From a virus: a stretch of DNA of 64,000 nucleotides. Of this stretch, positions 63,942-64,000 are shown piece after piece. The DNA is taken from the IMG/VR virus record IMGVR_UViG_3300029790_000003, one strand, 5' to 3'. Numbering within the stretch: the first letter of the stretch is position 1; each line of letters begins with the position of its first letter. Position numbers and translations under genes: made by a program. The notes beneath the pieces were generated by a model. That model saw nothing but the letters and a program-made list of their open reading frames with translations, was not told where the DNA came from and ran no database searches.

Positions 63942-64000
63942 CCTACATTTCCTCCTGGCTCATAAATGACGGAATTTCTGTTTCCACTGGCTCTGCTGCC

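Noticed and set aside
1-64000. Alternative genetic code (stop-codon reassignment) in this phage
   Set aside because: Very long ORFs (TMP 2004 aa, fibre >1200 aa, TerL, portal, integrase) are intact under the standard code, so there is no sign of in-frame TAG/TGA recoding.
1-64000. Prophage boundaries / att sites
   Set aside because: Both window edges fall inside phage genes and no flanking host genes are visible, so attL/attR cannot be placed; candidate att-like elements are reported as findings instead.

Overview
The window is almost entirely phage-derived and reads as a ~64 kb stretch of a temperate siphovirus-like phage or prophage from a low-GC Firmicute. Nearly all genes lie on the minus strand. 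From high to low coordinates the layout is an early/replication block, an integration and regulation block, a packaging and structural block, and then a moron block.

- **Early/replication block (64 to 48 kb):** SSB, two DNA methyltransferases, MazG-like, YopX, DUF551, DUF4317, two GIY-YIG nucleases and a lactococcal-type replisome organizer with internal iterons.
- **Integration and regulation (47.8 to 38.5 kb):** a large serine integrase (47.8 to 46.1 kb), a ~1 kb ORF-free region carrying a consensus promoter, a short plus-strand operon, and a regulatory island with RHH and HTH proteins and a small serine resolvase flanked by divergent promoters.
- **Packaging and structural block (35.8 to 11.7 kb):** a five-member tRNA-like array, an SPFH/band-7 protein with an overlapping small membrane partner, large terminase, portal, scaffold, lambda-gpE-type capsid and gp6-like connector. 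Between connector and tail genes sits an unusual seven-gene insert of compositionally extreme (Q/N/G/Y/C-rich) proteins with XhlA-like and sigma-region-4-like genes. Then come the major tail protein, G/GT chaperones with a canonical -1 slippery site, and a 2004-aa tape measure protein.
- **Moron block and fibre (11.5 kb to position 1):** secreted and membrane-protein morons, two HNH genes, an AntA antirepressor, and a >1200-aa tail-fibre gene running off the window start.

The most notable non-coding signals are a 25-bp motif repeated upstream of three or four late operons, a second copy of the origin iterons 39 kb from the first, and a sixfold AGTGCTTAAT repeat around an RHH gene. All functional calls are inferred from sequence features by eye; no database searches were run.
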